A stretch of 62,765 bases of DNA, counting the filler, from Choristocarpus tenellus KU-1152 (lineage: Eukaryota; Protista; Phaeophyceae), in NCBI GenBank assembly GCA_964200185.2. It is 11 parts of 11 records of this genome, joined end to end, with 100 filler letters (N's around TTAATTAATTAA, not from the genome) between each part and the next. Parts side by side here need not be neighbours in the genome. Positions count along the whole stretch, not along the records: positions 1 to 9,436 come from CAXNAD020003677.1; positions 9,537 to 12,348 come from CAXNAD020024541.1; positions 12,449 to 20,175 come from CAXNAD020005677.1; 8 more parts are not named here. One strand, 5' to 3'. How positions within the stretch are numbered: position 1 is the stretch's first letter; every line of letters begins with the position of its first letter. A model generated the notes under the pieces. The model saw only the letters and a list, made by a program, of their open reading frames with translations, did no database searches and was not told where the DNA came from. Shown one piece after another: positions 1 through 13,166 of the stretch. The translations under genes were made by a program, and so were the position numbers.

Positions 1-16
1 GGAACGACCGAAAAGT

Positions 17-168
17 CTCTACACCATGACGTCCATTTGGACCAAAATCAGGAAAAGTATATTTACATTATCCATCCGATGTGTGCAACCAAAACACCCA
101 AAAAATTGTGACGTTAATAAATTGACCACAAATGGACAGCCGCCACCCCCCCTCAGATACTTTGAGCC
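17..168. mobile_element. MITE family A copy (partial, in intron)
   Basis: Reverse-complement match to the full copies at 18215-18395 and 55674-55852; ends in CCCCCCCTCAGATACTTTGAGCC. Confidence 0.8.
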
Positions 169-253
169 ATTTAGCTTAGTCGTTTGACCCAATATCCCTC
201 TACCTCTCTCTCTTCACTCTTCCTAGTCCTTCATCCCTTTTCCCAAATCTCAC

Positions 254-3200
254 CTTGTTAAACACACCCATTTGGTCTAGTCCCTTCAAGAAATCCTTGA
301 GGGTAATCCTTCCGTCACCATCTTCATCCAAGCGAGCAAATGCCCTTTCCATTGTCAACCCCCTCGACTCAGCTGTGAAAAGTGCCACACGCAACATCTT
401 CACTGCCTCCTCTTCATGAAGCCTCGAACCTTTATCCTCACCTCTATCCCTTTGACTCTCTTTCGCCCTTGTCCCTCTGTACTTATGGACTTGCATCTTT
501 TCCTCACCACCAACTCTTTCTTCACCCAAACCCCTACAATACCACTCTATCAGCTCTTTTATTCCGACTCCAGATCGACCCCTTCTTCGTCCAAACGATT
601 TCTCGAGAATCTGAAGTCCCTTGCGGCCCCCAAACTCCGATGGCACACTCCCTAAGCTAAGTAGCACATACCCCAGCTCAAGCGGTCCTAACCATCCGTC
701 ATCTTCTACATCAAATGACTCCAGCACGCTTCGAGCTCCAGCCCCAGGTTCAGCTCCAGCCCAGAGGCCAGCAGCTTCATCTGCCTGACTCAATGCTACT
801 TGAAGGAGCGAGAGTATTTTATCCTCTGAAACATCACTAGAAACTCTGCTTGAACCTTTCTTTGGCTCTTGCATTGCCTTATCAGTGCTGTGGTCTATAC
901 CATCTCTGTCTTCCCAGAAGGATATATGGGTTGATTTCTCTTGAGAGTTCACTCCAGGCTTGAGCATTGAATTGATGGGCATTTTTAAGAGTGAGGAGGA
1001 CAAGGTATCTGGACTCTGCCTCCTTGACAGGAATACACTTCCCTCCTTCACAAAGCTTCTGAAATCGGGCAAAGATATACCTCCTTGATGTTCGTGCTCC
1101 GTGTCAGAGGTAAAGAGGCGGACAAAGTCCTGGGTCTCCTTCAGCTGCGAATGTGTTATGATGAGGGTTGTAGCGACTATTACCAGTCAAGATAGGTTGA
1201 TGTTATCGAAACATACAGAGAAATGACTATGCTTAGAAGGAATAGAAGGAGTGGATATGTAATTGCGATGAGGTTTAGACTTTAAAGGGGCTGTTCAGTT
1301 CAAGCAATACAGGGTACTATGAAAAGTAATCTGGTACAGCCGCCCCCATCGACCTGGGGAACTTCTCTCATTGCCTCACCTTTGGCCATTGCAGAGTTTT
1401 AACTTTGTCTTGATATGATGGTTACCAAGCTATGTTCAAGTTAAACTGTTTGGTGATGATGTACTTCAGTGCAAGCAGTACTGTGAGCACTATCAAGGTA
1501 GTCTACAGTGCCTGAAGTGTGGCAGGTTACCCTGCTGCCACTACTCTTTCATTCCAATCGAAACTTCTTGAATGTACTAGTAGTTCTTGCCTCCCAACCA
1601 CCTCTTTCCCCTATCCCAACAGATACTCCGTCTTGTTCCCATTCAAAACTGATCAGATACCGTACCTCGTATTGACTGTAATCTTTGCTGAACTAGCCCC
1701 ACACTTACCGACAACCATTTGAATTGGCCCAGCTCTTGCAGCGCAATGTGGAGCTGAACAGCGGAAAGCATACCATTTTCATCAGGGCCGAGTCCCTCAA
1801 AAGATGCTTCGATACTTGTCCCAAGCTCCTCAGCCTATGAAATTAGTCAAAGAGCAAGTCGGCACCAACGGACTCATATTGGGTTGGGGTTAATACATAC
1901 TTTAGAAAAAGGAAACATTTGGTCGTCCTTCGCTGCATGGAGCCCCGTCTTCACATCATGTGAGGAAGAAGGTACAGCCTTTTCCAACAGGTATTCATTC
2001 GCATATAGGATGGAATTACCTCAAATCCAGTGTTTACTCTGCCCGTGTCTGTTAATAATGCATGTTAGAGAAAAAGAAATTGCTTGCTAGGATATATTCA
2101 ACCTATTGCTGACAGTAGGTGAGGATACAATACTCTGGTCGATAAGAGTGAACAGAAATCTCAAGACGGACATGAAGAAGATATGAAGTGGCAGGTATAG
2201 GGGTGATAGACATTTTTTTTCCTACCCAATAGAACTAGTCCATATTGCATATCAAGCCAACAAGATTCTTTTGCCCCACACTTTCACCAACCCCCTCAAT
2301 TATATTTTTCCTCATAGCATCAATCTGAGACAAAGATAGAGAGTACATGGAACAACAATAACTCAATATCTACCTAAGAATGTTTTTGGAGGGTGTGGGA
2401 AATCGGGGAGCACACACTACACATGATTTTGGCACCTCAAAATAGTGCCTCTTTTGTGGTGTAATTTTCTGACCTTGAGGAGTATCTGTCGCAGCAGTGG
2501 CCCAATCCCTTTTCCTGCCTTGTATTGTCGCCCAAAAAACGTTAGGAACTCAGGGAGGCTTACATTCCCATCCTCATCTCCGTCGAATCGTGCTACCACC
2601 TTTGAAAGAGAAGGAGTGACGTAGATCACTATATATTTTTGAAGTGTTTACACTTGAAAGTGAAAATAAAATCAAGTGGATTGTGATGTGAAGGCGACAT
2701 GAGAGGAGGAAGAGCTGGAGAAAATCGTTGTAGTGGTATATGTGATTGAAGATGTGGTATCAAAACGTACCAGTACTTGAAGATGGTACCAAAAAGGGTC
2801 AAATAATAGTATCGTTGGGATGTGATTTATTGGCCACGGACGAGCATCAACCCTAGGGTATGATCACCACTAGTGCTCCTCCTGCTCTGACTTATATTCA
2901 TTGTACTAACTGCTAGTGAAGACCCTGAACCATATAACTCAACCGTCCAACCTATCTAACATAGCAATCATGGACATTTTGAGGTTCGCTGAGGATGTGC
3001 TGGTTTCAACTGTCAACTTCCTGTTACGCATCCTCTTGGGTTAGTGGCTGCTTTTTACAATCGAATAGTACATTGTATCATGTAGTACAGTCATCTTGTA
3101 GACAAAATGAAGGCCTCTAGTGGGGTACGATGGTTGCAGGAAAGCATGTATGTATGATGTATGTAATACATGTGTAGGAGCACCGAGTGCGATCTCTGAT

Positions 3201-6200
3201 AGAAACTCTTGTTGAGCATCAACATGACAGATGCTTGGCTCAAAATTTCACTATGCTGGAGCATGCAACGTGCACTATGGGTGACATGCACAGTTTTGAA
3301 CCTAATGCAAGGTGTGTGACTGAAGCAAAGGTGCGTGTTTACGCTCCTATTTTCAGTCTGAGCACTCCTTTCATCCAACAGCATGACTGCTCCAAGCATG
3401 GCTAAGGGTAAGTTGTAGTATCCAAAGAGAATGCGAACTACAGCAACACAAAAACCCCTCACTGTGTAATGCTTACTACACTACAAAAAAGACGATCTAA
3501 TGCTTCTAACAGCCACTCATGATCTGACCTGTTGAATCTCCTCCTCAGTGAAGTCGTCGAAGACACCCATTTCCCTGAGTCCCATAGAAAACCCCCCTGG
3601 AGTTATTGTTCCACTCCCGTCCTTATCAAAGTGTGAGAATACCTCCTCCATTGGAATGCCCATCTGAGGAGCACCGATTTGGGGAGGGAGACGTGCATGT
3701 ACAGGTAGGGAGAGAGTCAGAGGGGTGGAGGCACTGTTTGATTCTGGTCATTCCAGAGGATGCTACCATTTGTGACAGTTTTTGACATATGTTCGATTCT
3801 CTTAGTGCGGCATAAAGATTGAATAGCTGAATGACTCCTGAGAGTAGCACATGCATAGGAGCTACTACATACATGTAGCTAGGAATGAACTTATTCATTA
3901 GCACTCGAGAGGAAATCCGTCTAACACGATAAATTGTAACGTTGGGGTGAAAGTAGTAGTTTCTTTCTAACCTTATTGTTGGTCAGCATCCACATTCAAC
4001 TCAGCATCGCCAATACCAATAACAAGATTTATTGTGTGAAAGTGCATGGAAGATATGGTTTAGAGTGAGGTAACAGGTGAGGTGTATTATCTCACCGCCT
4101 CCGCCTTACGAATCACTCTCCTCAGCTTAGCCTCCAATGGACTGTCGTTGACGGGATACACCTTCCCCACAAAGGCCAGAAAGTGTCTCAGACTGACAGT
4201 CCCGTACCCATCACGATCAAAACGCTGTGTTGTGAGGGCAACCTGTTGGGCTGTCATGCCTTCAAACACACCTAGGCCACGCAAACCCTCTTCTAGGTCA
4301 GACAAGGGAACTCTGCCCGTTTTGCTCTAGAGGATGGTATGAGGGGGTTGAGAGTGAACGTACAGATTAGGTGAGATTGGGGGTAGAGAGTTAGCTCTGA
4401 AGTGAAAATGAGATGGGTGTTGAACATGGCTATAATATATGGTGGAAAAGGCTGACCAGGCTGGTGAGGATATACGTTACTGGATACTTCAAGAAGGTTG
4501 GAAGCAGCATTGGAGTTGGGCTGGATTTAGGTCCTTGGTTAATTACATTGTTGTGAGGTTGGGGAGGAGGTTGGGGCAGAGCCTGACCTTGGGGATTGCG
4601 GGTTGGGAGGGGGAATTAACTGGTAGAAGAGTGGGTTATTCGTGCAATTTAGGGTTAGGGTTAGGGTTAACTGGTATAAGATGTTTTCTCTCGCATCTTT
4701 TCTGCGTTGCCTTTGACCCTCCACATATTTTATGCCCCTGAACACACCATAAATAAGTCATCATAACCTCTTCCCACCCCTCAAAGTAGATGTCAAAACT
4801 CAAAACTTAAGTTGGTCACGACCAACTACATGGCAGTGTGATTCACACACTGACACATTGACAATAATTCACTTTTCACCTCCCCCTTCCATCTCGGTAT
4901 CCCCTCCCTCCATCTGCTAGACCAACACCAACAATCATCCCCATTTATCTGAAGAAGAACTTGCCTTGTCCAAGACCTTGACAGCATCCTCAAGACTGGT
5001 GCCACTCTCTTCCGCCTGAAGGAGCAACTTACGGAGCTTTGAATCTTCCACCTCAACTGGGTTATATTCTTTCCCCAGGAAGTGCATGAATTCTTCAATA
5101 CTGACCCTTGCAGTGTTGGCTGTTAGGTTTTGGTTTGGTTCAGTTCCACCGCCAGGATCCATTTTTAACCTTTGCAGGAGGGCAGTGACCTGAGAACAGG
5201 GTTGATGAGTGCGGTAGATAATCACATGAACGGATGATTTGGTTCAAGCAGTTGCCATTTTATACAACTGTTACAATTTGATGTATGCTTACTGTAACAG
5301 TACTATATACTGGAACAGTGACTACCTGCTCGAGGCTCATAGTATCCTAGAGGGTGGGGGGGTTTATTAGCCCAGGTCATCCATTTTGGGTTTGATGGGG
5401 CATTGCAAAACATCCCAGTTTGATGCCCGTTTTGCGGGTGATTTTCGTTCAGATTTGGTCCAGGCAGAGGGATGGAAAAGGAAGATGCATCCAGATAACA
5501 GAAATATCCTTTCATCTGACATGTTCACTCAAATTACATAAAGAAAAACACTACATGGTCACAAAGGCCCAGAATGTACATTTGAGCTCCTCACTAACAA
5601 ACTATGGACCCAACTGCTGAATAAGATCGGTGGTTGCTTTTGGGTTAGAATATATAAAAGGACAGAATATTCTTCTCAGGCATTTTTTGTTCAAGCTTGA
5701 AGCCTTTTCCCTCCCCTTAGTACTCAGTCCAACCGTGCGCTAAGCCTTGTGTGTGAGCCTTTGCAACAACTCTGATATGTAGTGGTGCTGTTCCCTCAAT
5801 ATGGACAAAGAAGTTTCGCAAGTTTGGAGTTCGGAATACCTTGAGTAAATTTGCACTCCAAGCACTTGAAGTGACTTCAAAGGGTAATGAATTTAAATGA
5901 ACGTAAGGCCCTGCCTTTCGCTGCATAAAGAGCAGGAAATATATTTTCAAGGTTACTTACAGCTGAAACAAACATGATACCACGTGGCATATTTTTCCCA
6001 TTGGACAGGCTTGGAAAACAGTATAGATGTAAGTTACTGCAGGGTAGTAATATTAACTTCACAACTGAAGAAAAAGAACAAGATTGAGGACTAGCCTAAA
6101 GGTTCGTGGGAGGGGCTTGGAGTATTTGCATGTTTATTGAGAGAGATTTGGAAGATTTAAGATCGATCCTGAGCCTACATATGGTGTAAGGGAAAATAAG

Positions 6201-9200
6201 TTTTTGGGAGCCTTACTTTGTATCACACAAGAAACAAAACCATTGATATTAGGGAGAGGAAAAGGCGCAAGGGTAAAGTTTTTATATTTATGGTGGTGTT
6301 CGAAGTATGCAAACTATGGAACTTGAAATTGGCATGTCTAGATACTTTCACTCTCAGCAATTGAATGCCCCTCTTATTTTCAGAAATTGTCATTCCAGAA
6401 AAGGTTGACTGCCATATCAGCATCATAACATATCTACCTCATCATATTTTCTCTTCAAAAGGTGATTTGATTTTCTTGTCAATTCTGAAACAGGTGTCTG
6501 TTATGGGATACGCTCGATGGAAACATGGGGATATACATGGTGATGAGATGCGGCAGCCCTCTCCCATGTCATGAATAGATGTCTGTCACATAGACTTAGG
6601 AGAGGGTCCTTTCCATTACAAAATAAAAATATGTTCCATCAGAATATATATTCATATATATATTTTTTCATATTAAACTTCAATATATGGTATCAATCAA
6701 TGCCCTCACAATATAGTAGTGTTGAACACTGTCTGAGGTGCTGATCTGTATGGGTATGTGTGGAGTGAATTGTATTTTGGAATCGCAGTCCTAGCTATAC
6801 TACAATTAAAATAAAGGCATTGCACACTTCACACTTCACACACACAGTTACGTCTTCATTTCATCATATAAACCTGATCCCTGGGCAGTGAGTTGAAAAC
6901 GCCAAGATCCTTTAGCCCTTTCTCTAGGTCATCCATGCTGATGTATCCTGAGCCATCACTATCAAATGCACCAAACGCCTCCTCTAATGGCATGCCCATG
7001 CTCTCAGCTTTGAGGAGGATACGCCTGAACTTAGCCTGCCAACAAGAATGCAGGTTTGAGGAAGATCATGAACAAGAGTGAAGCGCAGAATGCGGCATTC
7101 TGATGTGAGAGTAGAGGGTGAAGATATATGTGCAGTAGTTTGGTGGCAATGGGCTTTGAGAGGCGCTGACATGCCAGATGTGTGAGCGAATGCCTTAAGA
7201 AAAATAATAATATTGGAAATAAGTAGATTGAATCACCGGCTAAGATTAGTGTGTCTGAGCCAACCATTGAACATGCGATAGGAGTTTCTTGTTATCTTCT
7301 TCATGAAGTCAGAAAGCTACCATTTATCATCCTCCCTATACGTTTCCTCCCTGGCCTCAACCTTAACTATATTATCGACCTGGGTGCAACTCGGAGTCAT
7401 AAACACTTGGTATCGTGCTTAATAGAATTAGCTCCATGGAGACTGCCATCAGAAATACATAATCAAAACTCTAAGTACTGCTTTAAAACAAACACAAGAA
7501 TTCAAGAAACTTCTGATCTAAGCTCATTGATCATAGTGACTCCGAGCAGTTTTAGCGCAAAGAGGCAAGGTGTATCGATCCACCTTCAATCACTGAGGTT
7601 GTGGTTTGTAACATTCCAAAATGTACGTTTTCTGTGAGGTGGTGGTGAATCAGATTCGGGGTTCCTAGTCGACAATAAAATACATCACAGCTAACCTCCT
7701 TCCCGAGGTGGACAAATTGCACCAAAAAAAATGTTTTCCCCCTGTAACATATTTATTCTAGTACCCACTCCCTCTTAATACTCGTATATACCATGTCAAC
7801 AGTATTGAATCTATCAGGCTTGACCTATATCATCAATGTTATACTCCACACCATCAAATACACTTCCCCAAAACAATAACCTCAATGACTGGCTCCCTCC
7901 AGTTGTCCTTTCCCACAGCAGCCATGAGATCTTCAAGAGAGACTTGACCGTTGTTGTTCTTGTCCATTTTGCTGAGGAGTCCTTCTGCAGCAGAGATCAG
8001 GCCAACCCTCCCTCCGGGGAATGAATCCACCTCACAGTGTACCTCCAGGAATGACCGGACCTCAGATACTGTGGCATAACCAGAGTTATCCTATAGTAGT
8101 GTTTACTGTTGGTGTAGTTGGTGTTGAACTGTGTTCTTCCTCGAGTGGTCCTACTTCATGACATAGTTCACCATAGGGCTTAGTGGTGATACATGTTGAA
8201 AATGATGTTTTATACTGAAATGTGTAAGAGATGAGGGATTGTAGGCAACAAGAAGGGGTGTGCTATGGTTGTGACAAGAACAGTTAAAGAGGCTGCATAA
8301 TACATATAACTAGCAAATGTCAAAGCTGTGTATGTTCAAGCTCACTATTCCAATATTTCACCGCTAAGTACAGAACACAACTAAAAAGTGATTTGGAATC
8401 CCAACAAACAGCACTCAAAGTCCTGCTAAACAGTCCTCTCCGTTCCCTCAGGTGTCTCCCTCAACTCCTGTCTCCTACCGACCCCTCTGTAATGCCAGTC
8501 CTACTTTTTCATTCCTCTCCCCTTCCCTCTCCTCCCCTGACTGACCTTATCAAGTGCCCAAAAAGCGATCTTCACTTTCTTGTCGTCTGCCTTAGACAAT
8601 GCGCCTTTAATTGCAGAGACTCCATCAGGTGTTGTACTGGCAGAGTTGTTAGACAACTCAGACTCACGGCCAAAGAAGCGCATTAAACCAAACAGGTCGA
8701 GAACCTCTCCCTCTCTCTCACTCCTATCATATTTCTGACTGTTGGTGCTAGAAAGGCAGGTGGAGGCAAAGCGCTTCCGTAAGGCATTAAGCCCTGGCAC
8801 ACTCAGGTCTTGTAGTGCTCCAACACTCTACTTTCAGGGATTTAGGAGGATGGAAAGAATAGGAGAGGAGGATGTGGTAAAGAAAGAGGACTGGCATTTG
8901 CATAATCTGTCTCAACATCTAACCCTTGATTCTATAGGAAAAGGGGAAGAAGTAGACCCTATTGATGCTAGCGAGTTGTATTGAAGGAGGAAATGTTATG
9001 TATTATAATCTATACTTTGCTGAAGAGGTCCTATCCATGATTGCATGGTTAGGAGTCAGTCTTCAAATCTGATGTTATTGTTGCAGTACTTTCCCTCATT
9101 TTTGTCTGCTCACCTCCCTGCCTCAATAATCTCTAAAAGTACACAAAGCATGGCAGACGCAATAAAACAGTATCGCTTTGCTCACCTTTAGTGCCTCATC

Positions 9201-9329
9201 CATCTCAGATACTGTTATAGTCTTCTGCACAGCCCCGTCGTCCAGGTATTTCAGGAATGCTTCATCAATAGATGACCCTCTCCCCCCCTTCAACCCCTTT
9301 GCCTCTGCCCTAAGAATTGCCTTGCGTGC
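254..9329 (-). CDS. Large multi-EF-hand calcium-binding protein, internal part (10 exons, about 844 aa; both ends lie outside this contig)
   Basis: Minus-strand exons with AG/GT borders that join in frame: 9186-9329, 8546-8827, 7881-8090, 6874-7035, 4965-5189 (GC donor), 4096-4326, 3529-3663, 2474-2599, 1709-1834, 254-1144. Repeated EF-hand loops: DSDGSGYISMDDL, DRDGYGTVSLRHF, DKDGSGTITPGGF, DGDEDGNVSLPEF, DKNNNGQVSLEDL, DEDGDGRITLKDF. Confidence 0.88.
5300..5560 (-). mobile_element. Degenerate piggyBac-like transposase relic in an intron
   Basis: Translates to PKWMTWANKPPHPLGY, resembling the P-x-KPHP-x-G motif of piggyBac-like transposases. Related DNA recurs at about 21000-21065 (+) and 21440-21510. 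Confidence 0.4.
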
Positions 9330-9362
9330 CTGGGAGAGCAAGGATAAAGTTGAGCTTAGACA

Positions 9363-9436
9363 GACCCAAAGTATCTGGGAGGGGGGGGGGGGTCTACATC
9401 AGGGGGTCCATATGGAACAAAATCAGGAAAAATGGA
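9363..9436. mobile_element. MITE family A terminus at contig end
   Basis: GACCCAAAGTATCTGGGAGGGGG followed by family A subterminal sequence, cut by the spacer. Confidence 0.75.
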
Positions 9437-9536
9437 NNNNNNNNNNNNNNNNNNNNNNNNNNNNNNNNNNNNNNNNNNNNTTAATTAATTAANNNNNNNN
9501 NNNNNNNNNNNNNNNNNNNNNNNNNNNNNNNNNNNN
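9437..9536. other. Artificial contig spacer N44-TTAATTAATTAA-N44 (also 12349-12448, 20176-20275, 26279-26378, 29735-29834, 35902-36001, 43259-43358, 48607-48706, 53334-53433, 59602-59701)
   Basis: Ten identical 100-bp blocks. The 12-mer gives stops in all six frames, and genes do not continue across the spacers. Confidence 0.97.
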
Positions 9537-9745
9537 CCCCCCCCCCAGATACTTTGACCCCATGCTCTCCTTTCAACTCGTCACCACCTCAGTGTGGGAT
9601 CAGCGGCAGATCACAGCAGGAGGGTTCTTGTCTTTCAGTCGTGCATTTGATGCCTGTCCTCCAATTCAATCGGTATCGTGCTACTTTTATGAGATGATAC
9701 AGTATCAATAGGCACATACTAGGAGATGGGGTAAGTAAGACAGTT

Positions 9746-10181
9746 GAGCCAAAGCATCTTAGAGGGTAGAGCTGCGTCCATTTTGGGGCCTAAAATCCAA
9801 TGTTGCGATTTTGATATAATTTTGGTTATCATGTTTGTTAGGAAATGTCAATGCCCTTGTTCCGGACACTCCTTTTCATAACGTATACATTTTACCTACT
9901 CCGAAATATTTTTACCCTGCTGTCAAAAATTTGCACAACATTCTAACTTTGGACACACACACCTGTAGTCTGTATTGCCGTGTGATTCCAAATCAGCTCT
10001 CACACTGACAAATCGTCATGATTAAAAAGATGATAGGTAAATAGTAGTATGTATATAGTACAGAATTGAGACAATTTTTTTTTTTTGGAGTAGGTAAAAT
10101 ATGCCATTAAAAACATGTGGGCAGTTAAGCCCCAAATGGACAAACAGGGAAAAAACTCGTACCCTCTAAGATACTTCACTC
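9746..10181. mobile_element. MITE family B copy interrupted by a ~170-bp insertion (about 9914-10084)
   Basis: Termini GAGCCAAAGCATCTTAGAGGGTA and TACCCTCTAAGATACTTCACTC; flanks AGTT/GGTT. Both halves match the intact copy at 27997-28258. Confidence 0.85.
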
Positions 10182-10639
10182 GGTTGTATGGGTATTCGTG
10201 GTGCTGTTGGGAGTGTGGTACAGGACCAGAGAAATACGACACTTACTGCTGGTATAGCAGTGAAGAAGTATTTTGAGGTATGTGGCGTACAAGATCTGAA
10301 ACGCAAGGAGAACACAGACACTAAACAATATGCACCCGGAAGTTACTGTGTAGAACTGGCCTTATAGTTCTCGTTCATTGATGTTTGGTCACTGAAGCAT
10401 TGAAGCATTGAAGTGTTTTTAAATCTGTACACAAACTGCCACATCTCCATCCACCTATTCGTCCACATCCTCCTCCTACTCTTCATCATTCTCTCAATTC
10501 CTAGCACTTGGGGAATGTCATCCTCTGTCCAAGGAGGAGCAATAGGTTTCTCCCTCAATTCGCCCTCTTTGTCCTCCTCGGTCATCTTCAGCTTCAACTT
10601 CTTCATCCGAGCACATTTGTCTGCTTCACTCAAGGGCAC

Positions 10640-11520
10640 CAGCTCGGCCTTTTGTCTTCTTCCCCTCTTGTACGTTCAAAACCTTCCTGCATTCTTTCCG
10701 AGGTTGTGCTTCCCCATGATCCAGCCTGTTGCAAAGTCCTCAGAACCCGAATTGTCATACCCCTGTGCGAGATCGCTTGTACCTCGCTAACGGCTTTGAA
10801 CTGTGTGAATCTGACACTGTCAGGCACCCTGCATAGTCCCCATGGGAAGAATCTATTGCGTCATTGGATGTCATCAGGTTCAGATTATTCGCACCCCGAT
10901 AGATCATCTCCACACCAATCTCTCAACTTCTAGAGCGAAAGTATCTTTGAGGGTACGACTTTTCCCCTGTTTGTCCATTGGGGCTTGGCTTCCCACGGGT
11001 TTTTAATGACATTTTACCTACTCCAAAACATTTTGGAGTAGTAGGTAAAATGCATACTTTGTGAAATAATGTTTTCGGAACAAGGATATTGGCATCTCCT
11101 AACAAACGTGGTACGCAAAATTACATCAAAATTGTAACATTGGATTTTGGTCCCCAAATGGACGTGGCTCTACCTTCTAAGATACTTTGACTCCTAGGTG
11201 CTACAGTGCAACCGCTAGGACTCCCCTGAAGACAAAAATATACCCTTGGAACGCTATGGTTGTGATTTTTCCGATGCACCACTCAGCATCGATATATTGT
11301 GAGGGTGGCTTCGTGTTGCCATTACCTGCCCTGTCACAACGTCCCTAGAATTCCGACTGTTATACTCCTGTCTGAGATCACATATATCTCGTGAATGAAA
11401 CCAAACTTTGCGAATCTGATATCGCGGTAGGCCCCGCAAATTTCCCAGCTACGACACCAAGGAACCTGTTGTTTTACTGGATGTCATTAGGTCGATATTA
11501 TTCCATCCCAGACTTGACAA
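10640..11520 (-). mobile_element. Two diverged, mutually similar fragments (about 10730-10900 and 11330-11510), possibly copia-like pol relics
   Basis: Shared GAATAAT...CCT(G/A)ATGACATCCA...TCAGATTC(A/G)CA...GATCTC core on the minus strand. Many stops and frameshifts; the family assignment is tentative. Confidence 0.3.
10933..11193. mobile_element. MITE family B, full copy (261 bp)
   Basis: TIRs GAGCGAAAGTATCTTTGAGGGTA and TACCTTCTAAGATACTTTGACTC; flanked by CTA/CTA; central palindrome. Confidence 0.88.
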
Positions 11521-11711
11521 CCCTGAAACAGACGGCTCAACTTTGTTATAAAGCTTCGCCTAAAAAGGCTCGTCGCCAAGAATTGCTGGTGGGTATCATT
11601 GCAGACATGCACTGAGGATAAATTAAGTTGTGTGGCGTTGGTTGCGTCGTTCATCACTTGGTGCATCCACTCAACTGACTCGCCATACTCCTATGTACGA
11701 TACTAATATGT

Positions 11712-11900
11712 TTTCCCTGACACATCTACAAAATGTTAGAGGGCATAATAACATATGGGGCGCTCTCAGATTCTTGGGATGTTTCCCTAGCTCCTCGCCC
11801 AATTGTGTAGTGAAAAGCTAGGTTGAAGAAATAGCAGCAGTGTACACACATGTGATTATGAGCTTTTATTAGAGTCCAGTATAGGTGGCACTTAAACACG
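11712..11900. repeat. Dispersed repeats C (CTGACACATCT-CAAAATGT-AGAGGGCATAAT) and D
   Basis: C recurs at about 17200-17240 (inverted) and 29985-30030. D (11775-11900) recurs at about 17330-17460. Confidence 0.6.
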
Positions 11901-13166
11901 GGTTGGTCCTATCTGTGAGAAGCGTGCATATTTCTTCAAAATATTATTTATCTTGGGTATAATATTTTGCTTTTAAACTGGTTGTCCAAGCACCTTGGAG
12001 GCAAGTTATTGGAGAAGAGGTAATAGTAAGGGATGATGAGTCTTCCAATCACCCTTGATACTATCCCCACAACACTCCCCAATAGATTACTTGATGTACC
12101 AAAGCTGTGGTGATACTGGGCTTCATCCACTCGGATCCCCAGGAGGCACGTAGGAGACAGGCTGGTCCACACCATTTTTCTCACTGCACTTTCCACCCGT
12201 TAACACAGATTTTACTTGGACTTGAGTGCGACCCAGGGCTGATCGCCGCTAGTGCTCCACCTTTTCATTTTGACCCAAAGTACCTGAGGGGGGGGGGGGG
12301 AAAGGAAATATACAACAGTAACACAAAGTAGGCCCAAATCCTTCCCATNNNNNNNNNNNNNNNNNNNNNNNNNNNNNNNNNNNNNNNNNNNNTTAATTAA
12401 TTAANNNNNNNNNNNNNNNNNNNNNNNNNNNNNNNNNNNNNNNNNNNNCCCCAGCAGTCACCTCAATCTACACCTCCCCTGCAGCCCCTTCCTAGACCCC
12501 CCTCCAACTCTATTTTTACCCCCTCGCTGTAGGGATTCGGTAAAGCAATGAAGCAGGGAATTGATCCTACAAACTCAGAGTCGCACGATCATCTGTCGCT
12601 GCGAACAGTGATATCGCACTATCTGACAAATCAGAGGTTGTGGGATAAAATCCCTACCACACCGCTTTACCAATTGCCTACATCCGGAAGATGAAAAAAG
12701 AGTGAGGTTCTGGAACAGGCAACAAGGGAAAACACAGAGATATAGATGACTTGGGGAGAGCACTCAATTACCTAGGTGATGGCCCACCGATTATGCTGGA
12801 TAGGATCCCAGTCTTTGAATTTTTAACGATTGAGAAAATGATTGCTTGTGCATGTTTGTTGGGACAAGAAAGCAGCCACATCACAGTATTCATTGATTAA
12901 TATGTTGAACAATGCTAGCTCCACAAATGTGCATGGCACAAGTTCCCTCTGAATTTTCTAAAGTACTCATGTACAATTTAAAACACAAATTTGCACTTGC
13001 CCCTGAAAATCCAAGCAGACAGAAAAAGTGCAGTATGTCAACTTACGCACCCCCCCTAAAGAGAGGACTAGAGGGTTAATTTCTACTTTTTCAGCTCTGG
13101 GGCAAGTAAATGGAAAAACAGCTACCATGCTCACACTTAACACACACAACCTTTCGCTTTGCTCAC

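Noticed and set aside
9363-9560. A single MITE A spanning the first gap, implying real adjacency
   Set aside because: Contigs often break in the poly-G/C of these TIRs, so matching ends are expected by chance. I found no upstream EF-hand exons in the next contig.
12130-12270. Possible tyrosine-recombinase C-terminal relic (KGGALAA...ESAVRKMVW)
   Set aside because: It needs frameshifts and the similarity is too weak to support without a search.
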